Source: a virus (Duplodnaviria; Heunggongvirae; Uroviricota; Caudoviricetes). Taken from it: a stretch of 64,000 bases of DNA. Of this stretch, positions 7,910-17,059 are shown one piece after another (positions within the stretch are counted from its first letter, which is position 1; every line of letters starts with the position of its first letter). The notes under the pieces were generated by a model. It made no database searches. It was given only the letters and a program-made list of their open reading frames with translations, and was not told where the DNA came from. A program made the position numbers and the translations under genes. The stretch is from the IMG/VR virus record IMGVR_UViG_3300043024_000042, one strand, 5' to 3'.

Positions 7910-8534
7910 AATGAATGACCATGTAATCCTCAAACCAAGCTACTCGCATTGGCAGGTCAAGAACGTGGATTACAACTATGACACGGATGGGAAATATTTC
8001 ATCTGTAACGGATTTGGTTTAACCAGGTGGGTTAAGCCCAGTGAGATTGAGGTTAAGAATCCAAAATTTTCATTTGGCGAGGAAGTTATTTTTCGAGAGC
8101 AGCGCGATGGTGATGATTTTGCGATGGTCTGTGTATTCGTTTTGGGCTTTCATTGGAATATTAATGAAAGATGTTATATGTACTTTATGTCTAATAACAA
8201 GTGGTATTCGGAGGATAAAATACTGGACGTCTGTTCTTTCGGCGAGTGCCAAAAGGATAAGGAACCCAATCTCGCCTCCAATCCCGACAAGTCCGACAAA
8301 CTTGCTGGTGAGTTGGATAAGATAAATGCTCCTATGACCATGCTGTTCCGTCTCTTGTTTACCGACTTGCAGCACGTCCTTTCAAAATACAACGCTCGCA
8401 TTGAGGTCGGAAAGGATTGCAAGCTGCGGCTCCGCATCCGTGTCAATGACTATGACCGGTGCTTTAAGGGACCGAAGGCCATCAGGGATGTTACGGATTA
8501 TACTTCTTTCAGAGAGGATTTGCCGTTTGAATAA
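7893..8534 (+). CDS. hypothetical protein, 213 aa
   Basis: ORF only. No recognisable motif. Confidence 0.4.
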   Translation: METEIKMNDHVILKPSYSHWQVKNVDYNYDTDGKYFICNGFGLTRWVKPSEIEVKNPKFSFGEEVIFREQRDGDDFAMVCVFVLGFHWNINERCYMYFMSNNKWYSEDKILDVCSFGECQKDKEPNLASNPDKSDKLAGELDKINAPMTMLFRLLFTDLQHVLSKYNARIEVGKDCKLRLRIRVNDYDRCFKGPKAIRDVTDYTSFREDLPFE

Positions 8535-8543
8535 AAATAGGAA

Positions 8544-8795
8544 ATGGAACAAGAACAAAACAAGACCTTTCAGGAGGCGGTATTCGTTATCCTTTGCGTT
8601 ATCGCCTCCCCTATTCTGGTATTGTGCATTATCATCGACACGATACGCTCCTTTGTTAGCCTCGGTTCGAGGTTATCCTTCTATGAAGCCACGGAAACGA
8701 CACTTGACTTCGTTTTCTTTCTTGCAACCGAAATCGACGATTTAAGAAAAGTGATATGGAAAGCATTGAAAAATATAGTGCGGAGCGAGCCTTGA
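8544..8795 (+). CDS. small membrane protein
   Basis: Hydrophobic core AVFVILCVIASPILVLCIIIDTI. Confidence 0.4.
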   Translation: MEQEQNKTFQEAVFVILCVIASPILVLCIIIDTIRSFVSLGSRLSFYEATETTLDFVFFLATEIDDLRKVIWKALKNIVRSEP

Positions 8796-9136
8796 TACAG
8801 ACCGCATCGCCCGACAAGTTGAAGTCACTCTACGAGATGTGCTGCGAGACGTATGCGCAGCGTTTCTGCGAGATGTATGACTTTGATAGATTCTACTGCT
8901 ATTGGGTAAGTGATGAGCCTGGCGGTGTATTCATCATCAATGATGTGGAATATTCGCTGGGCATGGAGGAAATCAAACTCTGCGTGGACCGGTCAGTACC
9001 CTTTGAAGAGTTCAAGGCATGGTGGGACCGCGAAATGGATAACCTGGATGATAATACCCTGGAGTTTAAGGATGAGAAAATCAACCTGCGCTCGTGGCTT
9101 AACGGCTATCATGGAAAGGAGGCGGCAAATGCCTAA
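8756..9136 (+). CDS. hypothetical acidic protein, 126 aa
   Basis: ORF. Translation YCYWVSDEPGGVFIINDVEYSLGMEEIK. Confidence 0.4.
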   Translation: MESIEKYSAERALIQTASPDKLKSLYEMCCETYAQRFCEMYDFDRFYCYWVSDEPGGVFIINDVEYSLGMEEIKLCVDRSVPFEEFKAWWDREMDNLDDNTLEFKDEKINLRSWLNGYHGKEAANA

Positions 9137-9467
9137 CGTGATTGTATGTCTTATCGCTTGCATCGCCTCTTTCCTTGCCGGGAAAATGACTGCGGAGAAG
9201 AGGCAGGACACCGTGGAGGGTGTGCTTTATAATGTCCTTCTGAATTTCAAGTATTTTGTCCTACATCATATCGAGACGTGCAAGGATTGCATCGGCAATG
9301 CCAAGGACGAGAAACAGAAGGACTATCTGAATGAAAGCATCGGCAAGAGCCATGATATTGTCGGTGCGGTGGAACGATTGATTAAAGAGTTGGAAGATGA
9401 TGGAACTGACGATGGAACCGAGCCGCCCGCAGAGACGGAGGATGGAAGATGGTCGCTTGGTCTTTAA
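9131..9467 (+). CDS. hypothetical protein with an N-terminal TM anchor and an acidic C-terminus
   Basis: ATG at 9131 (MPNVIVCLIACIASFLAG...). The ORF-track 8910 start lies inside the previous gene. Confidence 0.35.
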
Positions 9468-9798
9468 TAAGGGCTATACCCCTTGGAATAAGGGAAAGAC
9501 ATACAAGGAACTATTTACCCCGGAGAGGATAAAGTCCATCCACGACAAGATGGATCCCATCAGGCGAAGGACGAAACATGGAGGTCCTAACCCCAAGAAG
9601 TCCAAGCCTATTGTGGCCATCAGCGACGGGAAGCTTATCGCCCGTTTCAGAACTGCGAGGGAGGCGGCTGCGAAGGTCGGCTCCAACAAGACGAGCATAA
9701 ACAGGTATTGTACCAAGAAGTACAATGATAGGAAGAGGGGCTGGCAATGGTTCTTCGAGAGCGAAATCGAGAAGTGGGCCTGCCTCGTAAATTGTTAA
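9397..9798 (+). CDS. NUMOD-type DNA-binding protein; homing-endonuclease-like DNA-binding module with no recognisable nuclease domain
   Basis: GYTPWNKGK (NUMOD3-like) and IVAISDGKLIARFRTAREAAAKVGSNKTSINRYCTKKY (NUMOD1/HTH-like). Confidence 0.4.
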   Translation: MMELTMEPSRPQRRRMEDGRLVFNKGYTPWNKGKTYKELFTPERIKSIHDKMDPIRRRTKHGGPNPKKSKPIVAISDGKLIARFRTAREAAAKVGSNKTSINRYCTKKYNDRKRGWQWFFESEIEKWACLVNC

Positions 9799-9820
9799 TC
9801 GAATCAAAAACCTTAGAGAT

Positions 9821-10312
9821 ATGAAAGTAAAAATCAAGAAACTGAACGCGAAGGCCATCCTGCCCAAACGTGGGTCGATGGACGCGGCTGGCTATGACAT
9901 CTATGTGGCCGAGGATACCGTGGTACATAATGGCAGGCAGGTGATACCTACCTACCTTTCCGTGGAACTTCCGAAATGGCATTATGCAGGCATCGAGCCG
10001 CGTAGCGGTAACGAGAGCAAGGGTATCGAAGGCATCCCCTACCATATATGGGCCTGCCGTGAGTTGGGTATCGAGAAGCAGCGTTTTGACTGCGATGTGC
10101 TGCGCGGTATCGTAGACGCGGATTACAGAGGTCCCATCGGTGTTATCGTGAACAACCATGGCTGCGAGTTTGTCCTGCCGAGGGGCAGCAAGATTGCGCA
10201 GATGGTGCTGCACGAGTTCAAGACAATGGATTTTGAGGTGGTCGATGAGCTGTCTGACACCGAGCGTGCAGGCGGCGGTTTCGGGAGTACGGATCATGCG
10301 AAAGAAGGTTGA
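9821..10312 (+). CDS. dut: dUTP diphosphatase (dUTPase)
   Basis: All five dUTPase motifs are present: AAGYDIY, PRSGNESKG, GIVDADYRGPIG, SKIAQMVL and RAGGGFGSTD. Confidence 0.85.
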   Translation: MKVKIKKLNAKAILPKRGSMDAAGYDIYVAEDTVVHNGRQVIPTYLSVELPKWHYAGIEPRSGNESKGIEGIPYHIWACRELGIEKQRFDCDVLRGIVDADYRGPIGVIVNNHGCEFVLPRGSKIAQMVLHEFKTMDFEVVDELSDTERAGGGFGSTDHAKEG

Positions 10313-10622
10313 TACATCCGTCAATGGAGAGGTGCTACCCGAGCAGAAGCGGGAGCAGCGTTATCCTCTCCGTCTCAATTCCAACACCGTCATTATGGTC
10401 AGGAAGGAGAATCTGAATGAGGAATATGCCGAGAAGAAGCGTATCCAGTTAGGACTTATAGCCGTTGAGAAGCCCAAGATGAAGGGCAACCAACGTGTTA
10501 CCATTACGGAGAATGAGTTGCGCAGACTGCGTGAAGAGGGTGTGACCGTCAAGGATATCGCCCACGAGTACAACTGCGGACCGAGAACGATAGCAAGACG
10601 AATTAAAGAGTTTGGATTATGA
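10296..10622 (+). CDS. small HTH DNA-binding protein
   Basis: C-terminal helix-turn-helix TVKDIAHEYNCGPRTIARRIKEFG. ATG at 10296 overlaps the dut 3' end. The ORF-track start at 10158 is an over-extension. Confidence 0.45.
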   Translation: MRKKVDTSVNGEVLPEQKREQRYPLRLNSNTVIMVRKENLNEEYAEKKRIQLGLIAVEKPKMKGNQRVTITENELRRLREEGVTVKDIAHEYNCGPRTIARRIKEFGL

Positions 10623-11590
10623 CATTAAGAGTATTCGAGGCTTTTGCAGGATATGGCTCGCAAGCCATTGCATTAAAGCGACTTGCAAGATTTTACCCCC
10701 CCCTAAAATTGGAATTTGTAGGGATTTCGGAAATTGATAAAAACGCTATCATTGCTTATAAAGCCATACATGGAGACATCCGTAACTATGGCGATATATC
10801 GGCTATTGATTGGAGTGAAGTTCCTGATTTCGACCTGTTTACTTACTCTTTTCCCTGCCAGGATATTTCCAACGCTGGCTTGCAGAAAGGCTTTACAGAG
10901 GGCAGCGGGACGCGCAGCTCGTTGCTTTGGGAGTGTAAGAAAGCGATAGAGGTCAAACATCCAAAATACCTGCTGATGGAGAATGTGAAGGCACTTACCC
11001 AAAAGAAGTTCATGCCATATTTCAAGATGTGGGTGGATTGTTTGGAGGGTTATGGATACAAGAACTTTTGGAAAGTGCTTAACAGCAAGCACTACGGGGC
11101 TCCGCAAAACAGAGAGCGGGTGTTCATGGTATCCATCCGTGATGATGGCGACAATCCATCATACACTTTTCCCGAACCGTTCCCCTTGCAGAAACGTCTC
11201 AAAGACATTCTCGAGAAGGAAGTGGATGAGAGTTTCTATCTGCGCCAGGAGCAAGTGCAGCGCATCGTGGCACATTGCGAGAGAAAGGTTGCGGAGGGCT
11301 GCGGGTTCAAGACGAACTTCACTGATGGCAGCAGCGTGAGCGGAGCTATCAAGACCAAGGAGGGTAATCGCGAGTACGATACCTACGTGAAGGAACCTGC
11401 GCCAAAATACGGGAATAGCAGATTGAACAAGATGATCAAGGATGGGAAGATTGATCCGGACAAAACAGAGTGGGTGGATGCTTACAACCAACCCACCAAC
11501 GATGAGATATCCGGCACCATCCTTACCCGAGTGGATGCGAGCAATCATTACTTAATCAACGAGGGGGGTAAAATGCGTGAACCAATATGA
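10619..11590 (+). CDS. C5-cytosine DNA methyltransferase, N-terminal catalytic part (motifs I-VIII)
   Basis: FAGYGSQ (motif I), ISEIDKNAIIAY (motif II), FPCQDIS (motif IV PCQ), LMENV (motif VI), QNRERVF (motif VIII). Contains a C8 tract at 10696-10703. Ends just after a G6 tract at 11563-11568. Confidence 0.85.
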   Translation: MTLRVFEAFAGYGSQAIALKRLARFYPPLKLEFVGISEIDKNAIIAYKAIHGDIRNYGDISAIDWSEVPDFDLFTYSFPCQDISNAGLQKGFTEGSGTRSSLLWECKKAIEVKHPKYLLMENVKALTQKKFMPYFKMWVDCLEGYGYKNFWKVLNSKHYGAPQNRERVFMVSIRDDGDNPSYTFPEPFPLQKRLKDILEKEVDESFYLRQEQVQRIVAHCERKVAEGCGFKTNFTDGSSVSGAIKTKEGNREYDTYVKEPAPKYGNSRLNKMIKDGKIDPDKTEWVDAYNQPTNDEISGTILTRVDASNHYLINEGGKMREPI

Positions 11591-12431
11591 TGAGAATGGT
11601 GTGCAGCGGCATTTGCAGGATAGAATCTTTGATTCAGAAGGCGTGAGTACCGCTGTGACTGTATCCTTCCATCCAAACATAATTGATTATGGAGACAGAA
11701 CAGATGATTCTAAAACCAGTCAGGACGGAGATAGCAAAACAACTCCGCAAGATGGGAATTGAAAAGTTCGGCAATCGGCAACTGATACCTTCCAAAGATG
11801 GAGTGAGTAACACGATTACCACCGTCCTTAAAGACAATCTTTTGCTGGAGCCAATCACTTGCGCATCCCGTAAGCGTGGTAGTGTTCACAAGATTGAATT
11901 GGGGGGGTAATTGCGAACGCTATTACCACTATCAATACAGACAGCATGATTGCAGAACCTATAAAGCAAGTTGAGAGTGAAATTAAAGATTAAGCAGGCA
12001 ACGAAGCAGGGATGGATAGAGGTTCCAGAGGGGGGTATTTGACATTGCCTACCCCAACAGCAAGAACCGAAGGGGTCGCGTTCAGGATGGCGGCATGGTC
12101 TGCCCTGCATTAACCTGCGAGCCGATAATCTGCGTGTATGAAGGATGTGATAATCAAGGCGAGCGTTCACCCGCTCAGCCACAAACTTGAATTTAAGGGA
12201 TGGGGAAGTTTTGGTGACGTTTGTCCTGCTTTAAGGGCGACTGACTATAAAGCCCCCGTTGTGATGATTATGGAACAAGAACCTATTAATACGGATAGCG
12301 AGGGTAACGCTTACACCATTACAGCAAGGTACCCTATACTCAACGCTGCGAATGTCATGGGAGGTAATCACTTCCCTAAGACGGTGGTTAGCGAGCATGA
12401 CGAGAATTACCCCCCCTACCCGATAATTTAG
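11553..12431 (+). other. fragmented target-recognition-domain (TRD) region of a multispecific C5-methyltransferase: at least 4 TRD-like cores spread over three frames, separated by G/C homopolymer tracts
   Basis: TL-type TRD cores appear in different frames: EGVSTAVTVS (frame 0, ~11640), DGVSNTITTV (frame 1, ~11800), NAITTINTDS (frame 0, ~11920) and EGNAYTITARY (frame 0, ~12310). Tracts: G6 at 11563-11568, G7 at 11901-11907, G6 at 12030-12035, C7 at 12410-12416. Confidence 0.5.
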
Positions 12432-12442
12432 ATTTAAGAAAG

Positions 12443-12895
12443 ATGGCGAAGAAAGAAGTTAAGCGTGCCGCGGACGAACTGAAAAAGATTGCCCAAGCGT
12501 CACGGAGTTGTGATGTCGGTGTGACTATCAATCCCGACAATTCGCTCAGACCCTTCAATAAGGGCAGTAAGGCGAAGGATGGAATTAGTGAGTATTGTAC
12601 CGACTACGAGTGCGGTATCGGTTCCACGACCATCGCCGCACGGCCCAACAAGGTCTACGGTGATTCAACCCGTTATCGAATCCGCAAGCTGACCCCGGTT
12701 GAGACGGGTCGCTTGATGGGTATGGATGATGAGGATATACAGAAGATGAAGGATGCGGGATTGAGCAAGTCCGCCATGTACAAGCTGCATGGTAACTCCA
12801 TCGTGGTGGATGTGCTGTTCTATATCTTCCGCAATCTCTTCATTGATGAGTTCAAGAACCCGCAACCGAAAGGGCAGTTGACATTGGATTTTTAA
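12443..12895 (+). CDS. C5-cytosine methyltransferase, C-terminal part (a fifth TRD core plus motifs IX-X)
   Basis: GSTTIAARPNK (TRD core), RKLTPVETGRLMGMDD (motif IX) and KLHGNSIVVDVLFYIF (motif X). One extra C in the 12410-12416 tract would fuse it to the upstream frame-0 TRD. Confidence 0.75.
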   Translation: MAKKEVKRAADELKKIAQASRSCDVGVTINPDNSLRPFNKGSKAKDGISEYCTDYECGIGSTTIAARPNKVYGDSTRYRIRKLTPVETGRLMGMDDEDIQKMKDAGLSKSAMYKLHGNSIVVDVLFYIFRNLFIDEFKNPQPKGQLTLDF

Positions 12896-12904
12896 TTGTA
12901 GTGT

Positions 12905-13264
12905 ATGGATAGATTAGCGTATTACGGAACAAGCAGCGGCCAAAGAGGACATTACTTCACGGCTATCAGGGGCAAGTTCCCCGACGCGGAGAAGGCTCAT
13001 CTTATAGAAGTCGTTGATGATTGCTGGCTGGAGAGCCATCTATACCAGCATAGCGATGGCAAGCCCACATTGGTCTACATCCCCGTGAGCGGTAAATATT
13101 ATGCCGTTTATGCGGTCAATCGCAGCAAGAATGACAATCGCGGTGGGAGTATAACCGCTTTGATAGCGGATTATGTTCCGGAGAAATCCCGAGAGGCTTG
13201 CATTGAGGAATTTAAGAGTGAGATAGCAAATAACGCATTTCTTAAAAATCAGTTCGATATATGA
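12905..13264 (+). CDS. hypothetical protein, 119 aa
   Basis: ORF. No recognisable motif. Confidence 0.4.
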   Translation: MDRLAYYGTSSGQRGHYFTAIRGKFPDAEKAHLIEVVDDCWLESHLYQHSDGKPTLVYIPVSGKYYAVYAVNRSKNDNRGGSITALIADYVPEKSREACIEEFKSEIANNAFLKNQFDI

Positions 13265-14176
13265 AAATAGGATTGGTAGACCTTGATGCAAGGGTTGGAG
13301 GCGGATTCCCCAATCTCGCTCTGATGAAAATATCCGCTTGGCACAAGGCAAGGGGTGACGATGTGGATTGGTTCACTCCGCTCTGGGGGGGGGTACGACA
13401 AGGTATATATAAGCAAGATATTCACCTTCACTCCCGACACGGACGATTACTTTGGCTGCGAGGTAGTCAAAGGTGGTACCGGCTACGACATTGAAGGGAA
13501 ACTTCCCGATGAGATAGAGGCGGTGCAGCAGCCTGACTACTCCATCTACCCCAACGTAAACTTCTCCGTGCAGTTCTACTCGAGAGGTTGTATACGCGCC
13601 TGCCCTTTCTGTTTGGTAAGAAGGAAGGAGGGTTACATCCATCCGGTCGAGCCGTTAGGCTTGAATCCGAAAGGTGATTGGATAGAGGTGCTTGACAATA
13701 ACTTCTTTGCCAATCCCGAATGGAAGTCCGCTATCAATCATCTTATCAGTTGCAAACAGAAGGTGAACCTGCATGGTGTGGATATCCGTATAATGAACGA
13801 GGAACAAGCGTACTGGCTCAACAAGGTCCATTTAAAGAAGAATATCCATATTGCGTGGGATATGCCGCAGATAGACCTCACGGATAAGTTAAGGGAGATG
13901 ATAAAATATATCAAGCCCTACAAACTGACCTGCTACGTGCTTGTCGGTTTCAACTCCACCATTGAGCAGGATTTGTACAGACTGCGCAGGTTAAAGGAAC
14001 TTGGCATTACCCCTTTCGTCATGCCGTTCCGTGACTACGAGAATAAGCATAAGCCCTCCGCTTATGAGCGTGACCTTGCTCGCTGGGCCAACAAGATGTG
14101 GCTGTTCAAGTCCATGGACTTCCCTGACTTTGAGCCGAGGAAAGGATTCAAATGTTCAAATTACTTAAATAAGTAA
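13261..14176 (+). CDS. radical SAM enzyme, frame broken at the G9 tract 13385-13393
   Basis: CxxxCxxC cluster SRGCIRACPFC. The N-terminal segment (MKIGLVDLDARVGGGFPNLALMKISAWHKARGDDVDWFTPLWGG) is in frame 1, and the body is in frame 2 from the tract onward. Eight G would fuse them. Confidence 0.6.
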
Positions 14177-14179
14177 AAG

Positions 14180-14341
14180 ATGAAAACAATAAAACTTCTT
14201 TTAGTGATTATTTTAATTGTTGTTTTGTTCTCATGCGCTCTTAGGTTATTGAGCGCGTCCTCTACTTATGCCAATATTTTAGGCTTTTCGATTATGGTTT
14301 TGGAACTTGGTGGTATTTTTGAGTATTTAACTGGAGAATGA
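14180..14341 (+). CDS. small membrane protein or lipoprotein, 53 aa, not in the ORF track
   Basis: MKTIKLLLVIILIVVLFSCALRL... is hydrophobic with an LFSC lipobox-like motif. Ends with an ATGA overlap to the next gene. Confidence 0.35.
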   Translation: MKTIKLLLVIILIVVLFSCALRLLSASSTYANILGFSIMVLELGGIFEYLTGE

Positions 14342-15129
14342 AAAAGTTAAGTTTCTTAAAGGTGCTTTTTATAGCACTTATTTCAATGATGATGTTCTCA
14401 TCTTGTGCAGAGCGCATTGATGCAGGACATGAAGGAATTCTCGTAAACCTCTATGGTGATGAGAAAGGTGTGGGTGACGTGTCAATGTGTACCGGCATGG
14501 TGTGGTACAACCCTATCACGACCGCGGTATACGAATATCCTACATTCGTGCAGACTGTGGACTACGAACCGTTCACCATCAATGCAAAGGATGGATCCGA
14601 GTTTACTGTGGACCCGACAATCTCCTTGAAGATTATTGACGGGAAATCTCCCGAAGTGTTTAAGAAGTACAGAAAGGAGTTGAAGGATGTAATCAATACT
14701 ACGCTCTACAATTACGTAAAGAACGCTTTCCGTATTCAGCTGAATAACTTCACTACGGATTATATTGTAAGCAATCGTGATAGTATTGAAAACGCGATTG
14801 AAAAGTATCTTTCATCAGACTTAAAGAAAGAGAATTTTCAACTGGAGCAACTTACTTCCGGCTTGAAGTATCCCGAGATTATCGTGAAGTCTGTTAACGA
14901 GAAGAACAAGGCGATACAAGACGCACAACGAGCGGAAAACGAAGTGAAGGTAGCCGAAGCCAACGCAAAGAAGGTGTTGGTGGCAGCGCAAGCGGAAGCG
15001 GAAGCAAACCGATTGAAGCAGCAGGCCCTCACTCCGCAGATTCTCGAAAAGATGTGGATTGACAAGTGGAACGGAGTTTTGCCGGTATACGGACAAGTGC
15101 CTACACTCTTTAAGGATATCAGCAAATGA
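14338..15129 (+). CDS. SPFH/band-7 (prohibitin-like) family lipoprotein
   Basis: Signal peptide with lipobox (MMMFSSCAE). SPFH-type body with a C-terminal Ala/Glu-rich coiled coil (KVAEANAKKVLVAAQAEAEANRLKQQAL). Confidence 0.6.
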   Translation: MKKLSFLKVLFIALISMMMFSSCAERIDAGHEGILVNLYGDEKGVGDVSMCTGMVWYNPITTAVYEYPTFVQTVDYEPFTINAKDGSEFTVDPTISLKIIDGKSPEVFKKYRKELKDVINTTLYNYVKNAFRIQLNNFTTDYIVSNRDSIENAIEKYLSSDLKKENFQLEQLTSGLKYPEIIVKSVNEKNKAIQDAQRAENEVKVAEANAKKVLVAAQAEAEANRLKQQALTPQILEKMWIDKWNGVLPVYGQVPTLFKDISK

Positions 15130-15383
15130 CAGCGTATTATTATGTGATAGTCTTGCTGCTCGACCTTTGGATTTGGAGGTTGAGACGCAAAGCCACAGAC
15201 TTGAAGGCCCCACGATGGATATTGCTGTTTTTCTTTCTTATCTCCTTAATACCTATTGTCGGGATGGGTCTTGAATTGGCTTTGATATACATTCTGCAAC
15301 GATGCCTTTGGGAACAAGGTGTAAGGACGAGGGGGATGATTTTATTGTTTAAGGTATATCAGTATTTCACAAAGGAGGTTTGA
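15126..15383 (+). CDS. small membrane protein, 2 TM helices
   Basis: YYYVIVLLLDLWIW...ILLFFFLISLIPIVGMGL. ATGA overlap with the SPFH gene. Confidence 0.4.
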   Translation: MTAYYYVIVLLLDLWIWRLRRKATDLKAPRWILLFFFLISLIPIVGMGLELALIYILQRCLWEQGVRTRGMILLFKVYQYFTKEV

Positions 15384-15384
15384 T

Positions 15385-15672
15385 ATGGGCTTGTACGAAA
15401 TACTCTATATTGTAGTGTCAGTTATCTCTTTAGGCTCGTTTTTAATCCTTCATTATCTCTATGAGGTAAGTAAAAATAACGTGGCGAAGATAGTATTCCC
15501 GCTTTGGCTGTACCTTATCTATCTGCTTGCTATGCTTATACCCTTCCTCAATTTGGCATTGTCGATAGTCGTTTTCTTTGCGTTGCTAATGTGTGCATCG
15601 GATGATGATGTGGAGTGGCGACCGAGGGGTGTAATTAAGATAATAGCGGATATTCTCTCGAAAGAGTTTTAA
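15385..15672 (+). CDS. small membrane protein, 3 TM helices
   Basis: Very hydrophobic ORF directly downstream. Confidence 0.4.
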   Translation: MGLYEILYIVVSVISLGSFLILHYLYEVSKNNVAKIVFPLWLYLIYLLAMLIPFLNLALSIVVFFALLMCASDDDVEWRPRGVIKIIADILSKEF

Positions 15673-15716
15673 TTGGGATGGGCGGCATTGCCGCTCTCCC
15701 TTAAATTGGAAAACAC

Positions 15717-16034
15717 ATGATATTCAAAGTCTATAATGCCGCAGGCCCGCTTCACGACGCGGACCAATGCGAGGTGAACCCATACGAATCCATCCTGCGA
15801 CCGAGTGATGATCCGCTCATCCTTGGCACGGTTGAGATTCGTTCCCTTGAAGAGTTGCGCGACTTCCAACTCAAATGCGCGGAACTGTCACGCAGCGATG
15901 ATTTGTTAAATAGATGTGGTGAGGATATGTGGATGAGAGGGTTTGTCCCTTGCGCTTTTGTCAGAGTGACTTTCCACCGGGAAAGCGGGGAGAAAAACTA
16001 TGACGGGAGTATCTGCATCCAGGACCACTATTAA
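15717..16034 (+). CDS. hypothetical protein, 105 aa
   Basis: ORF only. Confidence 0.35.
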   Translation: MIFKVYNAAGPLHDADQCEVNPYESILRPSDDPLILGTVEIRSLEELRDFQLKCAELSRSDDLLNRCGEDMWMRGFVPCAFVRVTFHRESGEKNYDGSICIQDHY

Positions 16035-16054
16035 TCTCTAATGCTGGATAAACG

Positions 16055-16426
16055 ATGATGAACGACAAACAACTTAGGCAGACGATTGACTACTCATGGT
16101 CCAATGGCCGTGAGGATGAGAGCGAGACCCCTGCGGAGTACACGCAGGGATTTATTGCAGGTATGCAGTTCGCCGAGCGTGGCGAACCGGTACCCTATGA
16201 TAGGGTGCGGCTATCTCTCGAATGGGAGTTCTCTTTGAGTGACTTGAAGGATTACTACAAGTCTATGGGTATGTCCCTTGTTGGGGTGGAAGAAAAGTTT
16301 GACGAGATTCGCGGACGGATGTACGACGTGCCTTTCTCTATTCTCGGAGAGCCGAGATTGACGAAGTTGCAGCTCATTGGTTATACCCTCCGCAAATTGG
16401 AAGAATTGGTGGAAAAGGATGGGTAG
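16055..16426 (+). CDS. hypothetical protein, 123 aa
   Basis: ORF only. Confidence 0.4.
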   Translation: MMNDKQLRQTIDYSWSNGREDESETPAEYTQGFIAGMQFAERGEPVPYDRVRLSLEWEFSLSDLKDYYKSMGMSLVGVEEKFDEIRGRMYDVPFSILGEPRLTKLQLIGYTLRKLEELVEKDG

Positions 16427-16727
16427 ATTTATTGCACGACAGCCGAACGGACGCATCTGCGTGTTCTCGACTGTACTGGACGATTTAATTGCTTATAACC
16501 TTACGGATAGGCAGTATGTGGCATGGTGTGTCAAGGATGCCATTCGTGAGGCGAATAGGCAGGCCAATGAGGATATCAACCATTTCATGCACGATTTCTC
16601 GGATGTGAAGAATGAGTTCTCTCCTGGAAATGAAGCGGACCTCGCTACATTCAAAAAGAGATTGAAGCAGATGGGTGATAAGGAATGGAAAGATTTTATT
16701 TGTGATATTAATGATGGAAAGGAATGA
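16377..16727 (+). CDS. hypothetical protein, 116 aa
   Basis: ORF. The start probably lies near the stop of the previous gene. Confidence 0.35.
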   Translation: MVIPSANWKNWWKRMGRFIARQPNGRICVFSTVLDDLIAYNLTDRQYVAWCVKDAIREANRQANEDINHFMHDFSDVKNEFSPGNEADLATFKKRLKQMGDKEWKDFICDINDGKE

Positions 16728-17059
16728 AGAAGAAAATAGCAAGATGGCTTTATAATGTGGCGGTGAAACTTAATCCGTCATTGTTTAAGTGTGTGACAAT
16801 CCGTGAACTTGATACGAGGGTGCAGACCGTTTCAGCGGAGGTTTGCTTTGACCCTGAATATCTTTGTGCCATTTATGACAATAACGAGCAAATTCAGAAT
16901 ATGATGCAGGAGGAAGCCGCACATAGACTGACAAAGGATTTGGGTAGTTTTTGCACGTTCGAGAAGAGAGTGGATGATGTTGGCCGTGTTTATATGCGTG
17001 CCTATATCTTAGTTGGCAAACCTGATATTATTCGATATGGGAAAGGATTGGAAGGGTGA
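16724..17059 (+). CDS. hypothetical protein, 111 aa
   Basis: ATGA overlap. Confidence 0.4.
   Translation: MKKKIARWLYNVAVKLNPSLFKCVTIRELDTRVQTVSAEVCFDPEYLCAIYDNNEQIQNMMQEEAAHRLTKDLGSFCTFEKRVDDVGRVYMRAYILVGKPDIIRYGKGLEG

Noticed and set aside
8910-9467. 185-aa ORF-track call 8910..9467
   Set aside because: Its 5' two-fifths lies inside gene 8756..9136 in another frame. A clean ATG at 9131 with a TM-anchor N-terminus gives the more plausible 9131..9467 gene.
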